Source: Eledone cirrhosa | Lineage: Eukaryota | Reading direction: 5' to 3' | Length of the DNA: 64,000 bases | Assembly: GCA_964016885.1 (NCBI GenBank) | Contig: OZ024744.1 | Coordinates: 43,462,001 to 43,526,000, forward strand | Part shown: in pieces, positions 62,060-64,000 of the stretch | How positions within the stretch are numbered: position 1 is the stretch's first letter | Layout: every line of letters starts with the position of its first letter | The notes under the pieces: model-generated | Databases searched by the model: none | What the model was told of the DNA's origin: nothing | Seen by the model: the letters and a program-made list of their open reading frames with translations, nothing else | Program-made: the position numbers and the translations under genes

Positions 62060-62472
62060 TTATTTCCATATGATAAGGGTGCAAATCTCATAGTAAGTCA
62101 ATATTTCGCTTCGTGCCCGACGCATGCGGTCAAGCCGTTAAAGTGACACACACTCAAAATTAGGCCACAAGTAAAAGCTGTTTATTATAAACTTGCTGAT
62201 CATGCCACTAAAAATAGCAGCGCGATACGTTTTGTTCTCTACATAAGGAGAAAGATCATAAAAGGGTATGGATATTCCAACAGGTACTAAGTACCTATAG
62301 AAATATGCAAGGTGTTTATAATAGTTGTGGTTCGATAGTACTAATTTGAGATACCAGAACTACAAAAATGAGCGGAGTGTGTGTGTCACTTTAATGGCTT
62401 GACCGTTTGCGTCGGGCAGGAGGCGAAATATTGATTTACTATGAGATTTGCACTCTTATGGTATGGAAATAA

Positions 62473-62552
62473 GCTGTCTGAAGATATAATTCTTTCCATT
62501 GGAAATTCTCTGGATTTCCAATCTTTGGATTAGTGAAACCGTCGGTAACAGC
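62473..62552 (+). ncRNA. Type I hammerhead ribozyme
   Basis: GCTGT-CTGAAGA(62478-84)-stem II-GAAA(62535-38)-CCGTCG-GTA(62545-47)-ACAGC. Confidence 0.8.
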
Positions 62553-62938
62553 AATAGAACAGGTGAATATTTAAATCGTTTTTTAATTTATTTAAAAGAT
62601 TGTTTGATAATTGCTTGCTCAGCTCATTTTTATAGTTCTGGTATTTCAAATAAGTACTATCGAACCACAACTATTATAAACACCTTGCATATTTCTATAG
62701 GTACCTAGTGCCTGTTGGAATATCCATACCCTTTTATGATATTTCTCCTTATGTAGAGAACAAAACGTTGTATTGCGCTGCTATTTTTAGTGGCATGATC
62801 AACAAGTTTATAATAACCAGGTTTTACTTGTGGCCGAATTTTGCGTGTGTGTCACTTTAACAGCTTGACCGCATGCGTCGGGCAGGAAGCCAAATATTGA
62901 CTTACTATGAGATTTGCACCCTTATGGTATGGAAATAA

Positions 62939-63017
62939 GCTGTCTGAAGATCTAATTTTTCCATTGGAAATTCTCTGGATTTCCAATCTTTGGATTAGTG
63001 AAACCGTCGGTAACAGC
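62939..63017 (+). ncRNA. Type I hammerhead ribozyme
   Basis: GCTGT-CTGAAGA(62944-50)-tCTAAT...ATTAGt-GAAA(63000-03)-CCGTCG-GTA(63010-12)-ACAGC. Confidence 0.82.
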
Positions 63018-63348
63018 AATAGAATAGGTGAACATTTAAATCGTTTTTTAATTTATTTAAAAGACTGTTTGATAACTACTTGCTCCTCACATTTTTGTAG
63101 TTCCGGTATCTCAAATTAGTACCATCGAACCCTAACTTTTATAAACACCTTGCATATTTCTATAGGTACCTAGTGCCTGTTGGAATATCCATACCCTTTT
63201 ATGATTTTTCTCCTTATGTAGAGAACAAAACGCTGTATCGCGCTGCTATTTTTAGTGGCATGATCAACAAGTTTATAATAACCAGTTTCTACTTGTGGGG
63301 TAATTTTGCATGTTTGTCACTTCAACGGCTTGACCGCATGCGTTGGGC

Positions 63349-63660
63349 GCTAATACTACAACACCTTCAGCTTTTCTTGAACGGTGAACAAGTGTTGTCG
63401 GCATTCGCTTAGCACCTTTTTCTCCAGCTTGACTCTTTGACAAAGATACAGTCCTGGATCAAGCGGAAACCTAGGAGGAGCGTTTGGGAGCTAGAATGTC
63501 TTCAGACGCTCACAGTTCTCAGCCAATCAGGCACTACGATTGGTGGAAACTCCCGCTTGGCTTTATATAGAGGGTTATTGATTGGTAAAAGCCACGACGT
63601 CTGTGGAAAACTAACCATTCTCTTCCACATAATTTTCGGTCCAGGGCCTAACCTACAGAA
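63349..63660 (+). pseudogene. Decayed Tx1 ORF2 fragment
   Basis: LQHLQLFLNGEQV, IQSWIKRKPRRSVWELECLQTLTVLSQSG..IGGNS match the ORF2 C-terminal region. Confidence 0.8.
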
Positions 63661-63844
63661 ATCGATAACCACAGACGAGGTAATTGTAGACCCTGTTGGT
63701 AATCACTAATGTGAGGACTCTGTACATCATTGGGAGATATATAATTGGTCTGTAGATTTAGGAATATTCGGTGCATTCATTCTTCAGTAGATGATACGTT
63801 ATGCTAGTTGTCATCCACTTTGGAACCTCTGTTGGGTTTGTCTA

Positions 63845-64000
63845 TGCATCATCAGACACATTCTCAGTTCTACACGTAGATGGTATTGACAGCAAATAGA
63901 CAGCCGAGCCATCGGAGCGCGTGCCTTTCGCAAAAAGCGAAAGGGCAAACGCTCCAGTGCAGTCAGACGAGGCTTTGGACAAGGCACGACGGTCAGGTGG
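63845..64000 (-). pseudogene. Decayed Tx1 ORF2 fragment running off the window
   Basis: Reverse complement encodes HLTVVPCPKPRLTALERLPFRFL, matching ORF2. Confidence 0.8.

Larger units (their letters stand above)
61903..63348. repeat. ~465-bp unit array: one inverted copy (61903-62377) then ~2.1 tandem copies on + (62378-63348); retrozyme-like
   Basis: 62378-62844 recurs at ~62845-63310; 61903-62377 is a circularly permuted reverse complement starting and ending with aaatgagcggag. Confidence 0.92.

Overview
Eukaryotic, AT-rich, gene-free repeat landscape. The (TA)n/(CA)n background and tRNA-headed SINEs with (ATT)n tails suggest a cephalopod (octopus-like) genome, but that is inference. No host gene is supportable. 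Left part (1-16.4 kb): a duplicated MITE plus 70-bp minisatellite, a decayed CRE-type retrotransposon, an N-gap, and a Penelope-like element (RT + GIY-YIG) folded into a ~2.9-kb inverted repeat, whose long simple-sequence 3' region ends in a hammerhead ribozyme (HHR). A second solo HHR unit follows. Middle (~16.5-61.4 kb): an almost uninterrupted chain of non-LTR elements joined by (AAT)n tracts, with a near-strict polarity. R4/Dong-type (RT + restriction-like endonuclease) elements lie on +. Five Tx1-type (ORF1 + APE-RT) elements and nearly all SINEs lie on -. A Buster-type hAT transposon and a solo LTR are nested inside. Right end: a tandem/inverted array of ~465-bp non-coding units, each carrying a type I HHR motif (retrozyme-like), then Tx1 debris. 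Best candidates for undescribed biology: (i) the HHR retrozyme-like array and HHR variants; (ii) an (ATT)n phase-specific Tx1 family sharing a microsatellite niche with Dong elements and a SINE; (iii) a putative intron that would splice the whole ORF2 out of the Tx1 RNA.
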